NCBI GenBank assembly: GCA_964019425.1
Contig: OZ025801.1
Location: forward strand, 806,001-870,000
Length of the DNA stretch: 64,000 nucleotides
Source of the DNA: Flectonema sp. DT1601
Taxonomy: Eukaryota
Direction of reading: 5' to 3'
Below are positions 1 through 9,943 of the stretch, piece after piece (within the stretch, counting starts at the first letter, position 1; each line of letters opens with the position of its first letter). The position numbers and the translations under genes were made by a program. A model generated the notes under the pieces. That model worked only from the letters and a program-made list of their open reading frames with translations, did not search any database and had not been told where the DNA came from.

Positions 1-1
1 T

Positions 2-2410
2 GCTGCCACCACGGCTACTGTAGTTTTTCACTACCTGGGAATACCGACCTTTTCATTGGAGAATAGTTCTTCTGTAGTGTTGTGTTTTACAGAACAAGTT
101 CAATTTGAGATTGACACAAGAAATTTTCTTGCATCGCTTCAAATTTCTTACCATGCTGAACACAAGGAAGTTGTGTTAAAACAAAAGCACATCGTTGAAC
201 ACTTGCGCGGTCTCAGCGAGAGGGAACGGGAATTATTTTCTTCAGAACGAACATTCAGGAGAGTATCTTCGCCCTGCCAGAGCAGCGAACAACCGCCGGT
301 TTCATCAGCAGTGCAGGAAATAACTGAATCCCATGAACAATCACTGAAAGACGCAAAACAAAGGAAGGAATTACTGCTGGCGGAACATTCTCGGATGGCG
401 CGAGAATATAACAGATTACACTTTGTGGAAGTTCATGAAGAGTATACTCGAGGGTCTGGAAGGTATGATCGAAAATGTTGGTGGGGAAATAAAAACTCAT
501 CAGACTCTATTGCAAACAATGAATTCATAACGAGATCATTAATTCGAATAAACTTTTATGTTAATCTCACGTCTATCTTAGAGTTCAGTAAACGAGAACA
601 GATCATTGCAGAACAACTACTGATATTTTTAAGTATCTGCTTCCAACAACATTTATTCCCAACTACCTTACTCTCAGAACGATGTGAGAGGTTAGGTATC
701 TTAACCCAACAACAATATCAATTTGACAACATTATCTCAAGCAACCCTCACTTGCCAATGATAAATGCATTTCGAAGGTCTGTTTTTCTCCAGGTGCAAC
801 TGATCCGAAGAGTGGACTTCACCGATCACTATAAACTTATTTCTGCCGAAATTGCACACCTGGAGTCCGACATCTGGATAGAAGATGTGCTTCCGCTCAT
901 TGCAAAGACAATGAGCGATCATAACTTTGCTGTTAAATTACGATTGGATGCCTTCACTCTAGTGCCACATGAGATTGATGAAAAATTCTTCAGAGAGAGA
1001 ATTGAACTGAAACGTTCGATGGATTTATTTATTCTGTACTCACAGCTGTGTAATGAAATTTGTATCATTGCGACCACTTCCTTTATGATGTGTAGATTAG
1101 ATGTTGTGATATCAGAAGCAACGGAGTTCTTAGGAATGGAAGTCGCTAGCGAAAGGATTGCAATATCATTCATAAAACAAACCGACTTTTTTCAAATGCA
1201 GCAAATCAACGAACAACGAAGACAACAACGGAGTGCTTTTCAACTGCGAGAAGCAGAAGTTCGTAAGATTTGCACGGTAGAGATTGATATTTCCGTTGAA
1301 AGAATGAAACTTAGATGGACAAATTTAAGGAAAACAGTATCATATCTCTACCAGAATGTATCGTATGAATATCGAGAACGATTAAATAATCTTGAGAGTG
1401 AAGCTAAGCAGTTTGTAGTAATTTTGAGGTCGTGTTCTTTGCAACGCCGTGAACTTGTCGATCGGTCTTTTAATGTCATTACGAGTTTGGAAATACTTTC
1501 TCAGTTGAAAGATTCTGCTCTGAAACCGACTATGTTGAAAACCCGAACTCGTTACTTTCTCATCATGATTATTGGTAAAGTAATCTACAGAACATATATC
1601 ATAAAGTGGATTCAGTGGTGCGCGCATCGACGAACAAGTCGCAAAAAAGTCTGTTTGCTTGATGCCAATTCCAAGATGGGAATTCTGTACCACGCTTATG
1701 GAGCGTTACTACAGTTCAAGATCCGAAAAATACGAGGCAGAGGAGCTGTGAATCGATTGTTGTCATCTGCAGTTGTGCAAAAAAAGAAAATTCTAACCTG
1801 TTACCTTGGAAAGTTGTTGACATTTTCCTTCTACAATAAAAAGGGGAGACGACATCCCTGTCTTGCAGCTCTTCAGTTTTACTTTGCAGAAAAGAATCTT
1901 GGAGTTAGTATGTTGTTGTCATCTGTTCTTTTGAAGGGCCCGAAGGTTCGCTCCCTAGCCTCAGTTGTCTCTTATCCGCAGGAAACAGTTCAAAAGCTCC
2001 CTGCAAAGAGACTTCTTCACAGAGGTAACAAGTCATGTGGTAAAATCATGGAAACCCGAACTCGTAAACAGAGAGTTGTGTCGAACATTATTAAGAAGGA
2101 AGCTCATCAGCCGCAGCGTCCAAAACCAGTTCAATTAGAACCTCTCGGTGTTGGAAGATACCTCCACCGTATTCAACTGCTTCGAAAGAAACAAGAGGAA
2201 AAGCATTGTAAAAGATACTCTCTTAAGAACAAGACTTCGAACACAAAACTTTCTGAGTTAAGTTCACCAATTCCAGTAATCCCTCGCAGGCGTGTTTCGG
2301 AGCTTGCTCGGCAAGCAGTTGAGACTCTTCAACAAAAGCAAATTACTGCACTCTGTTTACCGCCTCGTCTTCCTCCAATTGACTTCCATAAACCTCTTTT
2401 GTTAAAGTAA
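2..2410 (+). CDS. Hypothetical protein, 5'-truncated by the window edge (helical/coiled-coil, basic C-terminus)
   Basis: The frame is open from position 2 (GCT GCC ACC...) through the track's TTG at 56 to TAA at 2408-2410. No recognised domain. Confidence 0.7.
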   Translation, partial: AATTATVVFHYLGIPTFSLENSSSVVLCFTEQVQFEIDTRNFLASLQISYHAEHKEVVLKQKHIVEHLRGLSERERELFSSERTFRRVSSPCQSSEQPPVSSAVQEITESHEQSLKDAKQRKELLLAEHSRMAREYNRLHFVEVHEEYTRGSGRYDRKCWWGNKNSSDSIANNEFITRSLIRINFYVNLTSILEFSKREQIIAEQLLIFLSICFQQHLFPTTLLSERCERLGILTQQQYQFDNIISSNPHLPMINAFRRSVFLQVQLIRRVDFTDHYKLISAEIAHLESDIWIEDVLPLIAKTMSDHNFAVKLRLDAFTLVPHEIDEKFFRERIELKRSMDLFILYSQLCNEICIIATTSFMMCRLDVVISEATEFLGMEVASERIAISFIKQTDFFQMQQINEQRRQQRSAFQLREAEVRKICTVEIDISVERMKLRWTNLRKTVSYLYQNVSYEYRERLNNLESEAKQFVVILRSCSLQRRELVDRSFNVITSLEILSQLKDSALKPTMLKTRTRYFLIMIIGKVIYRTYIIKWIQWCAHRRTSRKKVCLLDANSKMGILYHAYGALLQFKIRKIRGRGAVNRLLSSAVVQKKKILTCYLGKLLTFSFYNKKGRRHPCLAALQFYFAEKNLGVSMLLSSVLLKGPKVRSLASVVSYPQETVQKLPAKRLLHRGNKSCGKIMETRTRKQRVVSNIIKKEAHQPQRPKPVQLEPLGVGRYLHRIQLLRKKQEEKHCKRYSLKNKTSNTKLSELSSPIPVIPRRRVSELARQAVETLQQKQITALCLPPRLPPIDFHKPLLLK

Positions 2411-2756
2411 CCATGGATGTGGTAGCACCCGTTACAGCCACGGTAGTCCACTACACTACCATCAAAAGCTGGTAGGCGCAGGTGTACATTGTCGCTCGGT
2501 TGCTCATGAAAACTGTTTCGGTCAACTGCATCCACCACATTCTCAAGGGTTTAATCAAAAGAAGTAACCGTTGGACTAAGGAAGTGACAATTTGCTTATT
2601 TTCTTCCCTTGCTGCTTTATGGTTAGTTACACTAGGAAACAATCGTTGCCACCTTTTCAGGTTGAAAGCAGCAAGTCAGTTTAGTTATGTTGTCAAATAA
2701 TATCATATGTGATATACTTATTTTATTCTTTCAGTGATGTCCCACCAAACACAACA

Positions 2757-4325
2757 ATGACACAACGGGACAATTCAGAAAATGATCCCCCAGACTTTAC
2801 AAGTGAGGTGTTTACAAAGCACCAGATTCTTGCGTTGATGGCGGAGAATGGTGAATTCTACTTGGGGAGGGTCAAGTCTGTCAAAAAAGATGAATTGGAG
2901 TGGTACAACACAAAAGACAATAAAAAATATTTTTTATGCGGAATGGAAGACAAGATAGACAGACGATGTGTGTTGGACTGCAATGTCCAGTTAACTGAAA
3001 AATCTTACTTACCTGAAGCAGAGCGAGTGAGGCTCCAAGAAATAAGAACATCATACCTTTCCGGTGATGAATCGCAACGGGCTCACAAGGAAAAAAAGCA
3101 AAAGCGGAGTAAACACACAAAGCAGACAGACAAGAAAGCGAAAAAAACTGTCAGTTCAACTAGCAGTAGTTCCTCACACTGCATAAACCAACAGCAGAAG
3201 AAACAGAAAAGTACGTCTTCCTCGAGCCCCTTGAAAAAACGCAAGGTGGAGAGTGAGTTTTCACATGAAATTCCAAACGAAGAGCCAAGTAATGCCTCTC
3301 AAAAGGGCATGACCAACAAAATAGCATCTGAACCCGAGCTGATGAAAAAACAGCAACAAGAAGAACATGATACATTGGCTGCTGAAGCAAAAAGTTTAAC
3401 ACCATCATTGGGAAATCAGGTCAGTGTGACACGTGATTCCACAAACGAAGAAGTGCAAGCAAGTGTTTTGAGTTCGATTGGAATCACAAAAGTCGGAACT
3501 GAAGAGGCTGTGAAACCCCAACAAGGAGAACCTGAAACGGGGGCAGGGGAGCAGGAATTAGGAAAAAGGGAGGAATGTGCTACTGTTCACACACCTGAGA
3601 AGCCCGAGGCATCCTCGTCTTCCTCATCTTCTGTGGGAATAACTAAGGCAGAAAAAAGAATGGAGGCTGCGAAGAAGTTGTGGGCTGCTTCTCAGGAACT
3701 AAAAAAACCTAAGGAAGTGAAAAACCCACCGATGCCGACGCAACCAAACAGGTCTGCAAGAAAGAGAATAGTAATTCACAATCTTACAGAAGACAATATC
3801 AGAATGTTGCTGCGAAAGGGGGGAGTCAACCAAGGTAAAGCTGGGCAACTAAAAAATTACATTTCAACACAAAGAAGGCTGCTTAAGGAAAGCTCACCTG
3901 ATCCAGTTCCTGATACATGTGGAAAGTTTCCAACTCTTTCTGTTGATAGGGGATATATTACTTCCGAATGTGGCACGTTCCAAGATATTTTAAATGGAAA
4001 TGGAAAGCTTATGGATCATCATCGGCAGCAGGCCAAGAAAGCTGTTGAGGAGTATCGTAAAAAAGTACCTCAACCGAAAGCCACAAACAGTGGGGTTTGT
4101 CAGTTTGGAACAACACCTTTCAAAATTGCAACATCTCGTTATGCAATTCAAGCAGACACTGAAACGAGGGCTTCTGGTGTTTTGGCTCGTCGTCGAGCAA
4201 CCCTCAGAACCTCAACAGTCAGTGTTCTTGCTGTCTTTGCAATTGCGTCTCGTCAGAATGAAGAAAGTGTTTGCAGTCAAAGCACACCACTATTTAGTTC
4301 CTGCGTGCCATCCTCTGCAGTTTAG
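2757..4325 (+). CDS. Hypothetical protein with a small N-terminal beta-rich (possibly Tudor/SH3-like) domain followed by low-complexity K/S/E-rich sequence
   Basis: First ATG at 2757 follows a pyrimidine tract and AG (TTTTATTCTTTCAG, ends 2734). N-terminal pattern ILALMAENGEFYLGRV..ELEWY. The domain call is weak. Confidence 0.6.
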   Translation: MTQRDNSENDPPDFTSEVFTKHQILALMAENGEFYLGRVKSVKKDELEWYNTKDNKKYFLCGMEDKIDRRCVLDCNVQLTEKSYLPEAERVRLQEIRTSYLSGDESQRAHKEKKQKRSKHTKQTDKKAKKTVSSTSSSSSHCINQQQKKQKSTSSSSPLKKRKVESEFSHEIPNEEPSNASQKGMTNKIASEPELMKKQQQEEHDTLAAEAKSLTPSLGNQVSVTRDSTNEEVQASVLSSIGITKVGTEEAVKPQQGEPETGAGEQELGKREECATVHTPEKPEASSSSSSSVGITKAEKRMEAAKKLWAASQELKKPKEVKNPPMPTQPNRSARKRIVIHNLTEDNIRMLLRKGGVNQGKAGQLKNYISTQRRLLKESSPDPVPDTCGKFPTLSVDRGYITSECGTFQDILNGNGKLMDHHRQQAKKAVEEYRKKVPQPKATNSGVCQFGTTPFKIATSRYAIQADTETRASGVLARRRATLRTSTVSVLAVFAIASRQNEESVCSQSTPLFSSCVPSSAV

Positions 4326-4413
4326 CAGACATTGTCATGTTATCTTATTTTCTTTGAATCACAATAAATTTTTCATTCATACATCCTCACTTATTTCCAG
4401 TCCAACGAATAAG

Positions 4414-4418
4414 AAAAA
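4414..4418 (-). terminator. Pol III oligo-T terminator of the tRNA-Gly gene
   Basis: Plus-strand AAAAA reads TTTTT on the minus strand, 2 nt after the discriminator base. Confidence 0.65.
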
Positions 4419-4420
4419 TA

Positions 4421-4491
4421 TGCGTAAACCGAGAATCGAACTCGGGCCGACCCCGTGGCGGGGGGCCATTCTACCACTAGACCATTTACGC
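4421..4491 (-). tRNA. tRNA-Gly(GCC), with atypical C33
   Basis: Reverse complement GCGTAAATGGTCTAGTGGTAGAATGGCCCCCCGCCACGGGGTCGGCCCGAGTTCGATTCTCGGTTTACGCA folds as a cloverleaf: 7-bp acceptor GCGTAAA/TTTACGC, A box TGGTCTAGTGG, B box GTTCGATTC, anticodon GCC. A T5 run follows on the minus strand. Confidence 0.92.
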
Positions 4492-4500
4492 TCCAAAAAT

Positions 4501-4626
4501 CTACAGTTTCTGTACTTTATTGTTTCTGTACTTTATTGTGTGTGATTTACAAAAAAAAAAAAGCTACAGTTTCTGTACTTTATTGTTTCTGTACTTTATT
4601 GTGTGTGATTTACAAAAAAAAAAAAA
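4501..4626 (+). repeat. Two 63-bp tandem units, each = SL 3' end + AG-truncated SL relic + TGTGTGATTTAC + A12-13
   Basis: CTACAGTTTCTGTACTTTATTG at 4501-4522 and AAAAGCTACAGTTTCTGTACTTTATTG at 4559-4585. Each is followed by TTTCTGTACTTTATTG (4523-4538, 4586-4601). These match the conserved 3' half of the euglenozoan 39-nt spliced leader. Confidence 0.9.
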
Positions 4627-4632
4627 CTAAAA

Positions 4633-5997
4633 ATGTCCGGAACACAAGAATCGATGGTCGTGCAGCAACAAGAGCAAGCACAGCAATCAATGATGCAACA
4701 GCAGCAAGCACAGCAATTAATGGCACAGCAACAGCAGGCACAACACTTAATGATGCAACAACAGCAGCCGCAACAGCCAACACAAAGCCAGCCGGTACAA
4801 CAACAAGCGCAGAACAATTCCAACAATTGCTTTTTACATGGCAACTGGACGCTTGAGACTTTAAGTCAGTCGCAAACTCACCTTCCCAACAATGTCCCAC
4901 CAATCTCCCCCTTTTCGTTTATGAGCTCACCAATGATAGCGTTTAAACAGTATCTCAGAATAACAAATCTGTATTTTAAAACAATAAACATTTTAAGTTT
5001 AAAAGAAATGCACTTCACAGTTTCAAAAGACAATGTTGTAAACGTTTTTTCTTGTTTATTGGAAATCAAAAAAGAATGTGCAGCTGATTTCTTAGAAATA
5101 TCCGGCCAACACGGCATTTTCTTTTCCGAACACAAAAGCACTCAACACCTCTCCTCCTACTACACAATTGTGTGGACCCCTGACACACCTTACACCCAGC
5201 TTAAAAAGATAGCAATCGATCTCAATAAAGACCCAAAAAACAAAGGAGCCCTCGGGCTCACAATGTACCAAGGAAGAAGCCTTGGGATACGAATTAAAAA
5301 AGAATCAGAAACAAACTTTCGTTCAAATTTTGGAGTAAAATGTCCGACTTATTTCGAGATAAGCGGCATAAGCAAAGAGAACGCAACGTCATTTGACGTT
5401 GAATTTTTTTTTGATTTAATGAAAAAAAAAATTAAATACTGTTATAAAAAAAAAAGGGAAGAGTCACATGTTGTGAGCTCGTACGAGAATCTGCAGTCTT
5501 GCGGATCAGTAATCGTTAAAAAAATAACTCAACCCTCAAAAGATGAAAGAAGAATTGAAAAGAACTCAATAGAAACGAAAACAGACCAAACTGAAAAAAA
5601 AGATATTAACGAAAAAGGAAAAGGAAAAGGAAAAGGGAAAGGGAAAAAAGGAAAGAAAGGAACTAAGGGAGAGAGCGGTAAAGGAAAAAAAACTGTTTTG
5701 TCATCACCGTCAACCTCAGTAACCCCGTCAATAGAACAAACGGACATTTTAAACCAGCTAAAATTATTGTTAGATGCACAAACAAAGCATCTAACAACAA
5801 AGATCATTGGCACTTTTCTAGCCGATGATCCGAAAAAGCAAGCAGAAGCTTGGGATGCGGAAATAAACCCGCAAGAAAAAGAAGGTTTTCTACAAGGATC
5901 GATGGACGATGACATCGATCTTGTGAAACAGAAGCTGGACAAAGAAAACGATGGTGATGACAACACAAAAAGAAAAAAAGAAGAACCTCCGAATTGA
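4633..5997 (+). CDS. Retrotransposon ORF1 (Gln-rich N-terminus, central globular region, KG-rich basic tract); likely nucleic-acid chaperone
   Basis: 454-aa ORF directly upstream of, and overlapping, the endonuclease frame. Contains KGKGKGKGKGKKG. No CCHC knuckle visible. Confidence 0.8.
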   Translation: MSGTQESMVVQQQEQAQQSMMQQQQAQQLMAQQQQAQHLMMQQQQPQQPTQSQPVQQQAQNNSNNCFLHGNWTLETLSQSQTHLPNNVPPISPFSFMSSPMIAFKQYLRITNLYFKTINILSLKEMHFTVSKDNVVNVFSCLLEIKKECAADFLEISGQHGIFFSEHKSTQHLSSYYTIVWTPDTPYTQLKKIAIDLNKDPKNKGALGLTMYQGRSLGIRIKKESETNFRSNFGVKCPTYFEISGISKENATSFDVEFFFDLMKKKIKYCYKKKREESHVVSSYENLQSCGSVIVKKITQPSKDERRIEKNSIETKTDQTEKKDINEKGKGKGKGKGKKGKKGTKGESGKGKKTVLSSPSTSVTPSIEQTDILNQLKLLLDAQTKHLTTKIIGTFLADDPKKQAEAWDAEINPQEKEGFLQGSMDDDIDLVKQKLDKENDGDDNTKRKKEEPPN

Positions 5998-8900
5998 CTG
6001 TTTCCTTATAATTTATATCTTTTTTTATTTCTCGAACCTTCTTTTGTGTGGAGACATCCACCCGAACCCCGGTCCACAAAAAAAGCAAAAAAACAGTGAG
6101 CTGAGAATTGTATCTTTTAATGTTTGTGGTCTCAAGTCGAAATCCGACGAAATAACTTTTTTTTTACAAAATATAAAACCTGACCTATTCATGGTTCAGG
6201 AAACATTGTTAAAGGATAACGACGAAACCATTAATTTTAATGGGTACAAGTGTCTCAGAAGAGACCGGAGAATTCCGGTAAAAAAAAACGCACCCGTCAG
6301 AGGTGGTGGATTGGCAATTTTTTACAAAAACAGCCTAAGCGTGACAGCATTCGCTGTTGCACAACACAGCCAAGACTGCACTGAAGTCCAGGGCATTTTT
6401 GTGTCAAATTCAAAACAAACTGTAAGGGTATACAACGTGTACAGACCACCGGTAAGCCAATCAACCTCTGATAGGTCCCCCTCTTTTGATATGAATAGTA
6501 TTTTTCTTTTTAATAAAAATGATAAAGTAGTTATCGCGGGGGATCTTAACGCAAGGCATCCACTCTGGGACCCGAGAGACGAGTCAAACACAAATGGCCA
6601 TGAAGTCTCGACTTTTCTAAACAATAACCAGTTTGAATGCTGCAACGTTAAGGAAATCCCCACAAGACCAAAATCAAACACTTCTCCTGATGTTGTTCTC
6701 CAAAAAAACTGTGATATTGGCAACTGGACGACGCTCGAATCTCTATCAAGCGATCATGTACCAATGTATTTTTCTCTTTCTTTTTTTTCGGATTCGATAA
6801 ACAGAGCGAACGGTGCAACGGTTTTTTCTTATAATTGGAACAGGGCACTGTGGCCAAACTACAGCTCCCACCTCGAAAGGGTGGCGAAGCGACTTGAAAA
6901 GATTCAAGATAACCAGAAATTATCAATGGAATTCATAAAAGAATTAAAAAATGCGTTACGGATCTTTGTACCAAGGATTTATTTGAAAGGAAAGTCACCA
7001 AAGAAGTGGTGGAACACGACGGTTGCATCTAAGTTTCATGAGTTCAACGAGTCACATTGTGACCAACGGGATGATCTTACAGATCTGTCGCAACAGGGAA
7101 AGTCAATTTTTACATCTTTAAAAAAAGAACTCAAAAAAACAGTCGTTGATGCCAAGAATCAACAGTTTAAAAAAAGCCTTTAAAAAGACAAGTCTATTAT
7201 TGAAGCTTTTGAAGACATAAGAGGCCTTGATGGAAGATCAAGACTTAAAGAAATTCGAGAAATCACCTGTGGTGATAAACTTGTTACAGATGATGTGGAA
7301 AAAGCATCAATTTTCAATAATCAATTTTTACAACGTGTTGGTAACATCAAAGAAAAAACAAAGACAAAGAAAATAGAAACAGACCCTTCTGATTTTACAC
7401 CATTTACACAACATGAACTTAGAATCCAATTGAGAGGAATGGCTCTGGAAAAGAATTCACCAGATGGCGTTCAAGGTATTCTTCTTAACCATTTGGGACC
7501 TAGAATGCTAAACATTTTACTTAAGATTTTTAACAATTCGTGGAAACATTCTGTTGTCCCGAGTGATTGGAAAGACACACACTGGATCCCTGTTTTAAAA
7601 AAAGGAAAACCCCCAAACCTCCCCTCTTCATATAGAATGATCTCTCTCACCCCTTTTATTGCGAAATTGATGGAAAGAATGGTGAAGGAACGTCTTACGT
7701 ATTTTATGCAATCACCGAATGAAAAGAAAACTGACGGTATTGGTTTCAACCAAACTTCTTATCGGAAAACGCGTTCTTGCCGGGAAAACATCCTATATGT
7801 TACGGACAGACTTAGATTTCTTAAACACCAAAAAAAGTCAGCGGCCCTTGTTCTTCTTGATATCGAAAAAGCTTTTGATAGTGTGAACCATGATCTTCTC
7901 CTTCAAAGGATGGTAGATCTTGGAATACCAAAACATTTTATAGCCTGGATTCAGGCCTTTCTTAAAAAACGAAGAGCAGCGGTTGTTGTTAATAATGAAA
8001 AAGGTTCTTACCACAATGTTTATTCTGGCGTTCCACAAGGAACAGTTTTGTCGGCTCTACTTTTTACTCTGTATATTGAAAAAGTCGCAGAAAGACTAGA
8101 TATTACGGTTGCTAAGTATGCGGATGATATTGCTTTTGTAGTTGATGATGAAGGGAAAGGTTTTACTTATCATTTGGCAAAAACGAAATATTTCTTTAAT
8201 GAGATTGAAAAGGATCTAAACGAATTAAAATTAAAAGTAAGTTATGAGCCTGACAAAACAAAACTTGTGTATTATCCCTACTCCCCAAATTCCCCACTAC
8301 AAACACCTTTCACTTTTACTTCAAATTTAACAAAAAATATTGTTCCATGTGTTGATAGCGCCAAGCTTCTTGGGGTGATCCTTGATAACAAGCTCGATTG
8401 GAAACAGCATATCTCGTATATTTGTAGAAGAGTTAATCTTCGCTTAAGGTATCTGAAGCTTGTCGCATCAAAAGCATGGGGACAGTGTACTGCAACTTTG
8501 CGTGAGGTGTATGATTTGTATATTCGACCTGTCATAACAAACTCGTGTGAAGCTTTTTATCCTGAAGTTAGGTATAAAAAGATTCACATGGACAGGCTTC
8601 TCTCTTTACACCTTAGGGGTGCGTGCTATGTCTTAGGTGCCTTACCACCAACAAGGGAAACAAGAGATAAGATCTTTTTTGAGGCACAACAACAAAGTAT
8701 CAACACCCATTTGAGACTTGAAACTGGTAGATGGTTCGCCAAAATGGCGCGAATCACGTCCCCTTTATTAAATGTCTTTATTCCACCTGAAAGAATATCC
8801 TCAACACCCATTGATTCTTTTACTCGTTTAGGAATGAATGTTCTGAAAGAACACAACCTTCTATCACTCAGTTTTGAGAAATATCCCATTTACGTTCATC

Positions 8901-9943
8901 CTCCATGGAGTTTTTCAAATGATTTCAATGTTTTTAAACCAGAAATGCATGTTAGAAAAAAAAAAGACAAAAAGAAAAATAAAAAAGCCTGTGAAGCTGT
9001 TCTTAATGAAATAAGGAAAGATTATGAACCAGTCTTAGAGGTATATACCGATGGTGCCGTTGTTGAAGAACGCGGTGCTGCGGGTGTGTACATCATAGAC
9101 AGCGAAGGAAATGAATTTCTCACAAACAAAAGTGAAGCAGGAATAATCTGCACCTCTTTTAGGGCTGAAATGATGGCGATCAAAAACGCTTTTGTTTTAC
9201 TTTTTAAGGAATTTAAACCGCCGGAAAATGCGTCAGTTTTATTTGTGTCAGACTCCTCCAGTGCCTTGATGGAACTGGAAAAAGGGGGAACAAAACAGAA
9301 AACGAGACTAGGAAGCCGCATCTGGCAGTTTATTGAATTTTTCAACAATAAATTCAAAACAAAGTTTATTTTCCAGCATGTCTTTTCTCACTGTGGTATT
9401 GTCGGAAACGAAGAAGCAGACAAACTAGCCCAAAACATTTCATTAAAAAAAGATGAAGAAACCCTTTTAAAACAAAAAAAAGTTCCCATAGACTACAGCA
9501 CCCATGTAGCTAAACTAAAACACAGAATAAAAGAAAAATTTGACCCCCGTCCTTTCCCATCTGAAACTGAAAGAGCGGAAGAAATTCTGATTTCACAACT
9601 CAGAATTGGCGACTGTAAACAAACACAAGGGAAATGTCCTAGGTGCAGAGAAAAAGACTCTGTAGAGCACCTGTTAGCAAAATGCTCAAAGTACAGAAAA
9701 GAGAGGAGGATGTATCTCCAGAAAGACTCTCTAACACAAGAAGAGTTAAAGGATTGTCTTTCCACTGTACAAGGACTAGAGAATGTTTTTCTTTTTATGT
9801 CATCTGCAAGAAGATATGTTTTTCCAGAAAAAGAAAAGAAAAAAGAAAATTTGAGTCAGGAAACAAAGAAAGAAAATGAAGAAAACGTTATCCTTCAACC
9901 CACACTTTTCAATACTGTGATTCAAAACTCACAACTGACTTGA
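5951..9943 (+). pseudogene. Retrotransposon ORF2 (2A-like peptide, APE endonuclease, RT, RNase H, zinc finger) interrupted by one in-frame TAA at 7181-7183
   Basis: Track ORFs 5951..7183 and 7295..9943 are in the same frame, and 7184-7294 is open. Motifs: SFNVCG, VQET, GGGLAI, NVYRPP, AGDLNA, SDH (APE); LLDIEKAFDSV, GVPQG, YADD (RT); YTDG, RAE, SDS, SHCGIVGNEEADKLA (RNase H); CPRC..SVEHLLAKC. Confidence 0.9.
6038..6076 (+). other. 2A-like (StopGo) ribosomal skipping motif LLLCGDIHPNPG|P
   Basis: Matches the (G)D(V/I)ExNPGP consensus except His for Glu, and lies immediately N-terminal to the APE domain. Confidence 0.7.

Noticed and set aside
4501..4626. SL RNA gene array or CRISPR-like repeat
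   Set aside because: No GT donor or SL intron follows the exon sequence and the SL 5' half is missing. The spacers are identical, there are no cas genes, and the context is eukaryotic.
5998..6053. T-rich tract plus AG as a separate trans-splice acceptor for ORF2
   Set aside because: The next in-frame ATG (6191) would delete the first APE motif; the T-richness is explained by hydrophobic codons.
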